The notes beneath the pieces were generated by a model. It did not search any database, was not told the DNA's origin, and saw only the letters and a program-made list of their open reading frames with translations. From the IMG/VR virus record IMGVR_UViG_3300037067_008462: a DNA stretch of 20,000 nucleotides; one strand, given 5' to 3'. The translations under genes were made by a program, and so were the position numbers. The stretch comes from an uncultured virus (IMG/VR IMGVR_UViG_3300037067_008462). Taxonomy: Duplodnaviria; Heunggongvirae; Uroviricota; Caudoviricetes. Numbering within the stretch: position 1 is the stretch's first letter; each line of letters starts with the position of its first letter. Below, piece after piece: positions 7,409-16,467 of the stretch.

Positions 7409-9535
7409 ATGATTACTGTTTGTAGAGTTGTCGCAGTTAATCCTGAAACTCAAACGGTTGATATTCTGCGTGAATCACATTATACTCAATGGGTAGAAGG
7501 AAACCTAGCCGAAACCGTGAGTATTATAGAAGGAGTTCCTTATGGATCTCCTAACATACAAGATTATGGGCTTCCTTATGTGTGGGGGTTTTTAAAGTCT
7601 AACGATATAAAAATCAATAATTTCTTTTATAATTCTGTAAATAACTATGGCCCAAATTTCCATTTTGGAAGAAATGCGTCTCCAGCATATTTCAAACAAA
7701 TTCATGAAAAATATTATAAAGGAAAGGGTTCGAACCCTAAAACTGTTACAGGAGGAACGGCCTTCCGTCCTTCTGAAGGTTCATTAGCTTTATATTATGT
7801 AGAAGCAAACGTTATTATTGGTTTTGTAGGCACCAGTGCTTACGCTGCCTTGATTCGAGATCCTTATGTTGCCCCAAATACGAAAGACACAACCGCAGGC
7901 TCTATCTTTGATCGTGGATACCAAGAAATATTAGAAATGGAGGAAGGGAACAAAGAAGAAGACTTTGAAAACATTATTAGAGGATCTCACAGCACATTAG
8001 GATATCATAGCACATTAAAATTAAAAATCGAAGATGAGAAAAGATTAATTGATGAATATGGTCCTCCTGATTATCGACACAACACATATCCTGTCATGAG
8101 TCCCTATGTATATCATCAAAATATCAATATGGCTCATCCAGAAGAATTAGTTGATCAATACAGAAGATTTAAACAAAACGAATACAAAAGACTAAGCGAT
8201 ATCTATAATACTTCAGTTGAAGATATAAGAACCAAAGCCAAAAAGGGAAGTGTCTTACCGAATCTCTACGATAGTACACTACTCTTTGATGATGGCTTTG
8301 AATATAATCCGACAAAACATTTTGTTTCTTTCTCTAATATGTCTTTAGATAACGAAGATATCTTTGAAAATTATGGAGAAGAGATAGATGGTGATGCTCA
8401 ATTTGCTTACGAAGATGTAAATTACCATATTGCTCCTGAATCAGGTATTAAACACTTTAGAGACGGAAAGATCCTAATCTATGCCGACACATATAACACC
8501 TTCGCTGATTTTACTAAACCTACAAACTACGAAGAGTATTTTAAAGAGAATTTTGAAGATTCAGAATTTTACAACAAAACATCATGGACTAGTCCCCTTG
8601 AGGAATATAGGGCCAATAACGAAAACTATGTTAAATATCTTTTGGGAGAAGATGTTTCTGAAGATTTTCTTTATAAATTTGACCAATACAATGCAGATAA
8701 ATTTGAGATAGAGGGTGAAAGAGAAATTGTTTCCTTTGATGAAAGAGGGGCTTATATTGTCGTAGACTCTGTGTATACAGAGATTTCTTCCGACACAAGA
8801 AAAGGTGGATATTTATTTTTTAAATCATCGAAAAAATATGATCTTGCTAGAGAATACGAAAAGAAAACTGTTTTCTGTGGATTCGAAACCCTTAATCAGA
8901 TCTTAGGAATCAATAAAACGGGAACTTCGACAATAACCAACTCTTCAGGTACATATTGTTTTGAACACAATCTTGATAGCAAATATGCCTATGAAGTCCT
9001 GACTGATTCAAAAATTCAAGAAGGCACACAAGCCTTAGAAACCCCTCTTTATGGTGTAAAAACATTTAGGGAACATCATCTTTCTATTGAATCGATTGCT
9101 CTTGAATCCAAACGGTCCGGTGGTTTACCTCATAATGCCGGAGTTTATATTGGTTCTAGTAGACAGGGATCTTTTGCAAGCGAAAACAACATTAACGATG
9201 GAGGTTGTGTTTATATTCGTGCAGGAATTACAAATCCTGTAGGAGGAGATTTGATTTCCACTACAATGTGGCCTGAATCTAATCAGGGTGGAAGAATCGT
9301 ACTAGATGCTCATGAGATTCAATTGAACGCTAATAGAATTTTATTCGGACAGACCAGAATGGATCAAGAATTAAAAATGTCACAGATAAACCTAGCATCA
9401 TTCCTATTAAACCTAATTCCAGCAGAAGGCCAAACAGTTTCAAAGGTTGGAGACCTTATTTATCAGAAATATCCCATTCAAAACAAATTCAGTATGAGAA
9501 ATTTTGCTCCAAGCACCGGTATCAAAGATGGTTAA
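7409..9535 (+). CDS. Central spike / puncturing protein (gpV/gp5-like) with large insertions
   Basis: N-terminal CRVVAVNPETQTVDI and RPSEGSLAL..VIIGFV match spike OB-fold motifs. Late short beta strands (RIVLDAHEIQLNANRILFG) resemble the spike beta-helix. It follows the hub. Confidence 0.62.
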   Translation: MITVCRVVAVNPETQTVDILRESHYTQWVEGNLAETVSIIEGVPYGSPNIQDYGLPYVWGFLKSNDIKINNFFYNSVNNYGPNFHFGRNASPAYFKQIHEKYYKGKGSNPKTVTGGTAFRPSEGSLALYYVEANVIIGFVGTSAYAALIRDPYVAPNTKDTTAGSIFDRGYQEILEMEEGNKEEDFENIIRGSHSTLGYHSTLKLKIEDEKRLIDEYGPPDYRHNTYPVMSPYVYHQNINMAHPEELVDQYRRFKQNEYKRLSDIYNTSVEDIRTKAKKGSVLPNLYDSTLLFDDGFEYNPTKHFVSFSNMSLDNEDIFENYGEEIDGDAQFAYEDVNYHIAPESGIKHFRDGKILIYADTYNTFADFTKPTNYEEYFKENFEDSEFYNKTSWTSPLEEYRANNENYVKYLLGEDVSEDFLYKFDQYNADKFEIEGEREIVSFDERGAYIVVDSVYTEISSDTRKGGYLFFKSSKKYDLAREYEKKTVFCGFETLNQILGINKTGTSTITNSSGTYCFEHNLDSKYAYEVLTDSKIQEGTQALETPLYGVKTFREHHLSIESIALESKRSGGLPHNAGVYIGSSRQGSFASENNINDGGCVYIRAGITNPVGGDLISTTMWPESNQGGRIVLDAHEIQLNANRILFGQTRMDQELKMSQINLASFLLNLIPAEGQTVSKVGDLIYQKYPIQNKFSMRNFAPSTGIKDG

Positions 9536-9980
9536 AATAACAAATACACACAATAAAAATTTGATATTAGATTTCGCTCAATTATATAGCCTTAATGGGA
9601 AAAATAAAGTTATAATATCAGATTATAGCACATTGCGTGTACAAACCTATGGACCAAAATTATCTAGGTTAGAAGTAATTGGTTATTTCTCAATTCCCGC
9701 CTATAACAATAAAAATGGAACACAAAATCTTAAAGATATGTTAAATTTCTTTAAAACAAGTAAGGATGGAAATAAAACTACACAGTTTATGGTTAGTATT
9801 GTGCAAAATCAATCTTCTGATGCTATAACATCAAAAGAAAAATTACCGAAATTCAGGGGGGTAATTGAAAAGATCAAAGTCTCAATGGAACTCGAAGATA
9901 CATACTTGATTCACTACTCTATCTCTTTTCTCGTTTATCCTTTCAATAAACTCACATCTTCAATAAGGGACGTATATTAA
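9528..9980 (+). CDS. Putative tail tube initiator / baseplate protein (gpU/gp48/gp54-like)
   Basis: Likely start is ATG 9528 (MVKIT...), overlapping the upstream stop, rather than TTG 9504. VQTYGPKLSRLEVIGYF and FRGVIEKIKVS..IHYSISFLV resemble tube-fold initiator proteins. Confidence 0.5.
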   Translation: MVKITNTHNKNLILDFAQLYSLNGKNKVIISDYSTLRVQTYGPKLSRLEVIGYFSIPAYNNKNGTQNLKDMLNFFKTSKDGNKTTQFMVSIVQNQSSDAITSKEKLPKFRGVIEKIKVSMELEDTYLIHYSISFLVYPFNKLTSSIRDVY

Positions 9981-10498
9981 TGCAAATTGATGATGGAGTA
10001 AGAACTTGGCTTATCACAACAGATAGTTTTACCAAAAAGGATAAAAACGTATATTTTCCTTATGTTCAAAGTTTTGTAATAGAAAGAAGATTCTTAATGT
10101 CTTCAGGTGAAGGTCTCGATGGCTCTTATGCTACAACATGGAGAGAAAGTTTTGATGTTATTACTGTAATATGTTTACAACCTATTAATGATAATAGTCA
10201 AGGTAGTATTATGACTATGTTAGATGAGATAGAGCCTTTGAGTAAAATAACTCGCATTGGACAAGAATTTGCTCAGATTAGATGTGTACTGAATAAAGAT
10301 GATACAAGTTATAATATTTTTAAATACTATATTATTCCGATAGCTCATGGTATTCAAAGAAGCGCAGACGAACAGATTTTAGAGGCAACTTTTACGTTTG
10401 TTGGCTCCGAAGATAGAATGGCAGTAAACGGTTATTTAATGAATAACTATGGAAGTAGAACCGCTGTACCTATCACTAGCGGGAAGTTTCAGGTATAA
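9980..10498 (+). CDS. Putative second tube-initiator-like baseplate protein
   Basis: TAATG coupling. GLDGSYATTWRESFDVITV and IQRSADEQILEATFTFVG fit a tube-like fold, and it lies within the baseplate cluster. Confidence 0.45.
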   Translation: MQIDDGVRTWLITTDSFTKKDKNVYFPYVQSFVIERRFLMSSGEGLDGSYATTWRESFDVITVICLQPINDNSQGSIMTMLDEIEPLSKITRIGQEFAQIRCVLNKDDTSYNIFKYYIIPIAHGIQRSADEQILEATFTFVGSEDRMAVNGYLMNNYGSRTAVPITSGKFQV

Positions 10499-10500
10499 AT

Positions 10501-10911
10501 ATGACAAATCTAGAAACCATACAACAAATTTCGGATACGATTAATGCTAACGCCATACCTTATGATGACGGTGAAAACGAAAAATATGTTATTTCCGATT
10601 ACACAAGCTTTTATAATGCTATAACGCAATTTGAAAGTTTAAGTATTGCAGAAACCGATAGTAGCTATAATAATTATTTAGATTTAAAAATACTAATTGG
10701 TAAAATCCTTGCAACATTTAAAGACGAACCAAGTAACAAAGCAGGGGTAAAATTAATTAACTATGATAATAGTCGAAATACATTAACCATAGCTAATGAT
10801 TATTGGTCATATAGTGATTCAATAAATTATCTATACCTTATTAATCACGCTAATACAGATTTTGAAATATATTCTTCTGGTTACATAATTGTACCGTTAG
10901 GTACCGAATAG
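10501..10911 (+). CDS. Baseplate protein with degenerate C-terminal LysM-like domain (gpX/gp53-like)
   Basis: The C-terminus NTLTIANDYWS....YLYLINH....EIYSSGYIIVP follows the LysM pattern, and it precedes the gp25-like gene. Confidence 0.5.
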   Translation: MTNLETIQQISDTINANAIPYDDGENEKYVISDYTSFYNAITQFESLSIAETDSSYNNYLDLKILIGKILATFKDEPSNKAGVKLINYDNSRNTLTIANDYWSYSDSINYLYLINHANTDFEIYSSGYIIVPLGTE

Positions 10912-10913
10912 AT

Positions 10914-11567
10914 ATGATCATAGGAAAATTAACAGAAGCACTCGACATCAATTTTAGGAACTTAGTTCTAGAATCGGTTTCGTTCAGCACTAATCTGGTT
11001 ATTGACGATATCTCTTACGGAACAATTCAAGGAATAGTTGTTCCTGATACTCAAGACGGCATTTTTCAGATTGGCGAAGAAAAAATGAGTTATAAGTATT
11101 ATGAATCTTATAAATTTTACACTGTTACACGAGGATATCTTAATACACCAGTTAGAGAACATGCCATTGATGACTTGATTTATAAGATAGATAGAGTGCA
11201 AATAAAGAATTATGACAGTTTAAGTATTTATGATTGGAGTATAGGAAAAGAGGGATTAATACTGGATTCATACAACAATCCAAATATAATTAGGGGAATG
11301 GACGTAATCTCTCAAAATGTATACTTAACTCTGCAATCAATAGGTAATGAGATTTTAAATAATCTGACAGATATTGATTATAACGATCTTGACTACTTAG
11401 CTCAACTCTATCTCAATGCTCTTCCAATAGATTCTTTTATTTATAATGTTGTTGTAAATAGTATAACACAAACGATCAACGGACTTGAAGTTAATATAAA
11501 TGCGGAAACTAAAAATAAACAATTTTCTAATTTACAGGTATTCATCCCCGTAAGGAGCCTGCTGTGA
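10914..11567 (+). CDS. Baseplate wedge / sheath initiator (gp25-like C-terminal half) fused to an N-terminal beta module
   Basis: LILDSYNNPNIIRGMDVISQNVYLTL and VVVNSITQTINGLEVNINAET resemble gp25/W. It lies immediately before baseplate J. Confidence 0.6.
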   Translation: MIIGKLTEALDINFRNLVLESVSFSTNLVIDDISYGTIQGIVVPDTQDGIFQIGEEKMSYKYYESYKFYTVTRGYLNTPVREHAIDDLIYKIDRVQIKNYDSLSIYDWSIGKEGLILDSYNNPNIIRGMDVISQNVYLTLQSIGNEILNNLTDIDYNDLDYLAQLYLNALPIDSFIYNVVVNSITQTINGLEVNINAETKNKQFSNLQVFIPVRSLL

Positions 11568-12886
11568 CCTTTAGTGATTTTTTAAACTACTTTAGAGATG
11601 CCCTAAAAGCCTTCTCTAAACTTCCTTTGAATTTTTCCGTAGATAGTCCAATTCATGCGTTGGGTGAAACGGTAGCCTCTATTGCCAGTAAGAATGATGC
11701 CGCCATAACTAATATGGAAATACGTCTTTCTTTACTTTCAGCTACAGAAGAAGATCTAGATAATTTAATGGGAAATTTCGGCTTGGTCAGAAAGAGTGCG
11801 TCTCAAGCGAAAGGAAACGTTAGAATTTGGAGTAACACTCTTCCCACCACTTATACGTTAATTCCTTCCGGTATGGATCTGACAGACGAAGACGGTTTTA
11901 TCTATCGAACCACGGAACCAGCAGTTATTCCTTCCAATCTCTTACATTATCCTGCAAGTATTAGGGACTCTATAATTCCAAGGTATTACGCTATTCCTTT
12001 GAAAACTAACGTTACATCATATTCAGATAAAAATATGTCTACAGAAGAAATTAGAGATCAGTTCAAAAATACTTTAGATATTATGACAGAAAGTAGTCTT
12101 CAGGGATTGGTATATAATATTGATAAAGAAAAAATTAGTGATATTAGAACAAATAATCTATATGTAACGAATCCAAATCCTTTTACTGGTGGGATGGATT
12201 TAGAAAACGACGAATCCTTTAGATCAAGAGGATTGTCTTTTATTAGAGGAGCTAACAGCAAATTTACCGATGAATCTTTACGTTCTTTCATTTTATCACA
12301 AAACGGTATTCTAGATGCAAAGATTATTGACGATTTAATATGCATTAGTTCTACTGCTCCACCTACCGGTCACATTTACGCGATCATCAATACCAAGCTT
12401 CTATCTTATTTTGATGCAACAGCCTATGCTTCAGAACCAGTGAGTGATACACCTTCAAATATCTATCAAGAAATCAGGAACGCAATAGAAGATCAGGGTT
12501 ATCGTCCTGCCGGAATCGGCATTACGGTAAAAGAAGCTGATGTCCTTAATGTTGGCTTTAAATCATCGGGCGGAAACTATCTCGCTGTACACGTTAAAGC
12601 TGACACAATCGTTTCAATTAAAAAATCTCAACTTCAAGCTAAAATATATAACTACTTTCTTTCTACTAAAATTGGGGATAATATTTATAAAGCAGATATT
12701 ATTAAACTCCTCAAGGAAGATTCTGATGTAGTGTATATAGACGATTTCACATTCTTGAGAATTACGGGTGTCACTAGTACCGGAGTAGATATTAGTACAG
12801 AGGTTGATTTTATTGAGTGTGCATGTAATCAGGTTGCCAGAATTAAGGGCAGCGAATATGTTGGAATTCAGGTAACGACCATCTAG
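11564..12886 (+). CDS. Baseplate J-like wedge protein
   Basis: SATEEDLDNLMGNFGLVRKSASQAKGNV, IPSG, VTNPNPFTGGMDLENDESFRSR and RPAGIGITV are hallmark baseplate-J motifs. SD AAGGAG, GTGA overlap. Confidence 0.93.
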   Translation: MTFSDFLNYFRDALKAFSKLPLNFSVDSPIHALGETVASIASKNDAAITNMEIRLSLLSATEEDLDNLMGNFGLVRKSASQAKGNVRIWSNTLPTTYTLIPSGMDLTDEDGFIYRTTEPAVIPSNLLHYPASIRDSIIPRYYAIPLKTNVTSYSDKNMSTEEIRDQFKNTLDIMTESSLQGLVYNIDKEKISDIRTNNLYVTNPNPFTGGMDLENDESFRSRGLSFIRGANSKFTDESLRSFILSQNGILDAKIIDDLICISSTAPPTGHIYAIINTKLLSYFDATAYASEPVSDTPSNIYQEIRNAIEDQGYRPAGIGITVKEADVLNVGFKSSGGNYLAVHVKADTIVSIKKSQLQAKIYNYFLSTKIGDNIYKADIIKLLKEDSDVVYIDDFTFLRITGVTSTGVDISTEVDFIECACNQVARIKGSEYVGIQVTTI

Positions 12887-12894
12887 GAATAATC

Positions 12895-13584
12895 ATGAGT
12901 TGTATAATTGCAAAAGGTTTCGACACTATTACTAATAATCCACTAGGTTTGATTGCACAATATCAACCAGATGGAAACAATGCTATTCAAAGCATCGGGT
13001 TAATGGCCGAAGGTGGAACTATAAACCAGAGTTACTATATTAACTCACTTACAGATGCACCGTTCAATATTGTTCCATTTTATTTATATCAAGATGATAC
13101 TAGATTCTATTCAACAGATATTCAAGTTTTTGGGGTCTCTCAACTTAGTTTTACATCTCCACTTGGAACTCCAAGGTTAAGATTTTATCTATGTTCTCCT
13201 TCTCAATCTTCTCGTGTTGCAACCGTTGAAACTACAACAAGCGGTACCGATGTGTTGGTTTCTCATCTAACTCTAGAAGAATACTTAACTGACTTTGCAA
13301 CAAACGTTGAAACCTATCACTCGGCAGACTCTCCTAGTCCCAAAGGCAATGGTGTAACGGCTGTCGATAACTTCCTACAAGCCTTTGATGTTATTTGTAA
13401 CATCGGAACATACACTATTGGAGGCGTTATTAATTATTTAAATTTATACTATAATGATCCCAACTTCCCTACAAAAAGGCATAAATTTGATATTTTAGTT
13501 TATACTGAACTTCCATTTAATAACATAAATGTAGCAACCACCGAATATCCTATCGGTGTATCAGAGAGTACTATTCTAATATAA
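12895..13584 (+). CDS. Hypothetical virion protein (229 aa, beta-rich)
   Basis: ATG with an AGGA SD and TAATG coupling to the next gene. No motif recognised. Confidence 0.6.
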   Translation: MSCIIAKGFDTITNNPLGLIAQYQPDGNNAIQSIGLMAEGGTINQSYYINSLTDAPFNIVPFYLYQDDTRFYSTDIQVFGVSQLSFTSPLGTPRLRFYLCSPSQSSRVATVETTTSGTDVLVSHLTLEEYLTDFATNVETYHSADSPSPKGNGVTAVDNFLQAFDVICNIGTYTIGGVINYLNLYYNDPNFPTKRHKFDILVYTELPFNNINVATTEYPIGVSESTILI

Positions 13585-15794
13585 TGGCTGGTTACGATCT
13601 ATATACATACGATGCATTTTTATATGACAGCATACCGGGTAACGGTGTTGATGTAACTTTTATTTATCAAAATCAAGGTACCGGAAAAGTAGCCATTTTC
13701 TACGGAAATTATCTTGATTTTTATAAAATGTATGAAGTTAATATCAACTCCATCAATGATAATAGCACCGGAGATTTAGCAAGAGAAAGTATTAAAATCC
13801 ATAAATTTGCCTTCAACTCTATCTTAGATAAAGAAGAAACAATTAACAAAACAAATGAACCTTCATCCTTAGTTATTTATGGTATTGCTGATAAAGGATC
13901 TTATAATAGCTATGAAAAAATAATGGAGTTAACTCTACATCCTCTTCCGATGAATTTTAGAGGAAGGATGACTGTTAGTGTATCCAATGTATATTTTACA
14001 GGACAAGAAGTAGCACAAGACCTTTATGATGATTTAGATACAAGCCCTAGTACATTAACTCGTCAAGTATTAAATTACTCATATTGGGATAGATCAGGTT
14101 ATCACGAAGAAGAGTATGCTGGCACTCCAAGACAAATTGTTAACTGGCTAATCGGCGGTTTTCCGTTTGCCAAAGACAGACTGACAAAATATGGTTCTGG
14201 CATTAACACACTCGTTTATGACGAAGATACAATTGAAAATGAAAAAACAGTTTATAGCGATGGAAGGATTGCTCCTGGTGCCTACTTTAATTCTCTTTGG
14301 AATGATAATTATAACGATGTATTTGCTTTAAAAGAATTCAAGATAGAGTTTGTGGATAGTAGGAATGCTCCTCTATATGCTTTAACCAAAGCAATAGCGG
14401 CAACCATCGATACAGTTACTAGAACCATCGTTAACGTTTTCAATAAGTTTTTCGTTTCGCTTTTCGAGATAGTCGATTTTGGTTATTGGAAAGATGTATT
14501 AGATACTAAAGTATACTATTACACATACAATATAGATAAAACCGCTCTAATTACAAGTGTTACTAAAAATGTATATAATGAAGTTATAGAAATTGTTGTA
14601 GATAATGTAGATAAATGGCCCGAATTCGGATTTCTTCAACATGGATTAGAATTGATGCAGTTTAGGGTCAGAGACAATCAAAAATTGAGCGATTTTAATC
14701 GTCATATTCGTGGTGTGAAAAGCGCAGATATTGTAGTTGGTGATACTTTAAAGTTAATCGGAAATATTAGAGTAAGCGAAAATGAAGGTCTTTTACACAA
14801 ACGTTTAAGATTCTTAATGGGTCCGAAAGAAACCGTTACAAACATTCAAGATGCCCTTAATGTTGTTGTGGCTAATTCGGAAAACGCTTCAGTTGAAGTT
14901 TTCGATATGAACATAACAGATTACTCTACTACGGCAGAAAAAAGAAAGTGGTCTTTCCCTAAACGAGACATCGGTTGGTTTTTAGGAAGTAAAGGTTATG
15001 CTTCTCTACCTCAAGTTGATGTGACTTATACTAAAGCCACTAAAACCCTGACTCTATCTAATTATCAATATCCATTATCCAACATTTCTACAGGAGATAG
15101 AGTCTATATTAGATATTCAGGAGATGATGTAGTTATAGATGGTGAAGTTTTTTCAATTGATGCAATCAATGACACCGTTACTCTAATCGATAAACTACTA
15201 GATGATGCCGGTGCAGAAATTAACGATTTTGCAACAGTTAGAACAGCTACGTTTTATGCAATAGGAACATCTACTACTAGAATTAGCGAAAGCGTTGATA
15301 ATGACTTTTTACAATTCTTCCCAGAAACATATCTTAACAAAGAATTAGAGACAAGCGGTTTCTTCCATAATACTTACGATATAGATACTCTCTATTATGA
15401 AACTACCGTTAACGAAAACGAAACAAGCTTAACGGATGTCATTGCAGCCGAAGATACTTCGATATATTATCCGGCAAGTTTTATTACAGAAAGTCCTAGC
15501 GGTGATATTATTCTGGACGGAACCAATCAACGTTTCAGCTATACAGGGAACATCAAATCATATACATTAAATCCAATGATTACAACCAAACTAGAGGGTC
15601 GCCATCCCTTTATTGTGATAGTGAACGAATGGAATTTTAATGATGAAATTATTAATGATACAGTAAATCGACTTAAAGCAATAGGTACGACACCTAATGT
15701 TGTTATTAATAAGAATTTTCATCTTTTTAGGACTTATATAGCAAATCCGGAAGCACCTTTCACTGACATGATATTCTCTTACAAAAATGGTTAA
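13584..15794 (+). CDS. Large baseplate wedge protein (gpI / gp7-like core with inserted beta modules)
   Basis: ENEGLLHKRLRFLMGPKETVTNIQDALNVV and INDTVNRLKAIGT resemble the gpI/gp7-like core motifs. It lies downstream of J. Confidence 0.6.
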   Translation: MAGYDLYTYDAFLYDSIPGNGVDVTFIYQNQGTGKVAIFYGNYLDFYKMYEVNINSINDNSTGDLARESIKIHKFAFNSILDKEETINKTNEPSSLVIYGIADKGSYNSYEKIMELTLHPLPMNFRGRMTVSVSNVYFTGQEVAQDLYDDLDTSPSTLTRQVLNYSYWDRSGYHEEEYAGTPRQIVNWLIGGFPFAKDRLTKYGSGINTLVYDEDTIENEKTVYSDGRIAPGAYFNSLWNDNYNDVFALKEFKIEFVDSRNAPLYALTKAIAATIDTVTRTIVNVFNKFFVSLFEIVDFGYWKDVLDTKVYYYTYNIDKTALITSVTKNVYNEVIEIVVDNVDKWPEFGFLQHGLELMQFRVRDNQKLSDFNRHIRGVKSADIVVGDTLKLIGNIRVSENEGLLHKRLRFLMGPKETVTNIQDALNVVVANSENASVEVFDMNITDYSTTAEKRKWSFPKRDIGWFLGSKGYASLPQVDVTYTKATKTLTLSNYQYPLSNISTGDRVYIRYSGDDVVIDGEVFSIDAINDTVTLIDKLLDDAGAEINDFATVRTATFYAIGTSTTRISESVDNDFLQFFPETYLNKELETSGFFHNTYDIDTLYYETTVNENETSLTDVIAAEDTSIYYPASFITESPSGDIILDGTNQRFSYTGNIKSYTLNPMITTKLEGRHPFIVIVNEWNFNDEIINDTVNRLKAIGTTPNVVINKNFHLFRTYIANPEAPFTDMIFSYKNG

Positions 15795-16467
15795 AATAGA
15801 TAAGATGACAGATATATATAAAAAATGTTGTCGATGTAAACAAACAAAACCCATCGATGAGTTTCACGTAGATCTAATTAAAAAAGATGGACGATACAGT
15901 TCATGTAAGATTTGTGTGAAAGAGTGTTTCAAAGAACGTTATGAAAAAAATAAAGAAGCAATTTCAATTAAAAGAAAAAGACAATACAAAGAAGATCAAA
16001 TTTTTCGTGAAAATATGAAAGAAAGAGTAAGAAAGTATTATGATGAACACAGAGATGCAAAATTGACTTATCAAAAAGAATATAACAAAAATCATAAAAA
16101 GGAAAGAAAGGTTTATTTAGTTAAGTATTGGAAGACCAGTAGATGTAAATATCTTAAGGCTCGATGGAAATTTAATAATTTAGAAAAATCAAAATTAATA
16201 GATAAAAAATGTTATTTTAACAGAAAGGCTATAAAGCGTCAATCAAACTTTAACTATGATGAATGGGTAAAAATATTATTAGAATATAATTATAAATGTG
16301 CTTATTGCGGTAAAGAAAGTAAAAATTTAGAACAAGACCATGTTATTCCTTTATCTAAAGGTGGTTTACATACAAAAGAAAATATTGTACCGGCATGTCG
16401 ATCCTGTAATGCTTCCAAAAACAATAAAATATTAGAAGATTGGATAATGGAGAATAAGAAATGTTAA
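15787..16467 (+). CDS. Free-standing HNH endonuclease with N-terminal Zn-ribbon (putative homing endonuclease)
   Basis: N-terminal CCRCKQTK...CKIC, a Lys/Arg-rich helical linker, and C-terminal CAYCG..EQDHVIPLSKGGLHTKENIVPACRSCNASK. The DNA is visibly more A-rich than its neighbours. Confidence 0.92.
   Translation: MVKIDKMTDIYKKCCRCKQTKPIDEFHVDLIKKDGRYSSCKICVKECFKERYEKNKEAISIKRKRQYKEDQIFRENMKERVRKYYDEHRDAKLTYQKEYNKNHKKERKVYLVKYWKTSRCKYLKARWKFNNLEKSKLIDKKCYFNRKAIKRQSNFNYDEWVKILLEYNYKCAYCGKESKNLEQDHVIPLSKGGLHTKENIVPACRSCNASKNNKILEDWIMENKKC

Noticed and set aside
9528..15798. Identical 12-mer ATGGTTAAAATA at two gene junctions (9528-9539 and 15787-15798)
   Set aside because: It is largely dictated by the ATG-nn-TAA overlap geometry in AT-rich DNA. 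It does not flank the HNH as a target-site duplication would.
2259..15854. Short minus-strand and nested ORFs (2259-2468, 4121-4354, 5659-5889, 8481-8711, 10968-11201, 12100-12345, 12540-12731, 15591-15854)
   Set aside because: All lie within long, motif-supported + strand genes, are under 90 aa, and show no recognisable motifs.
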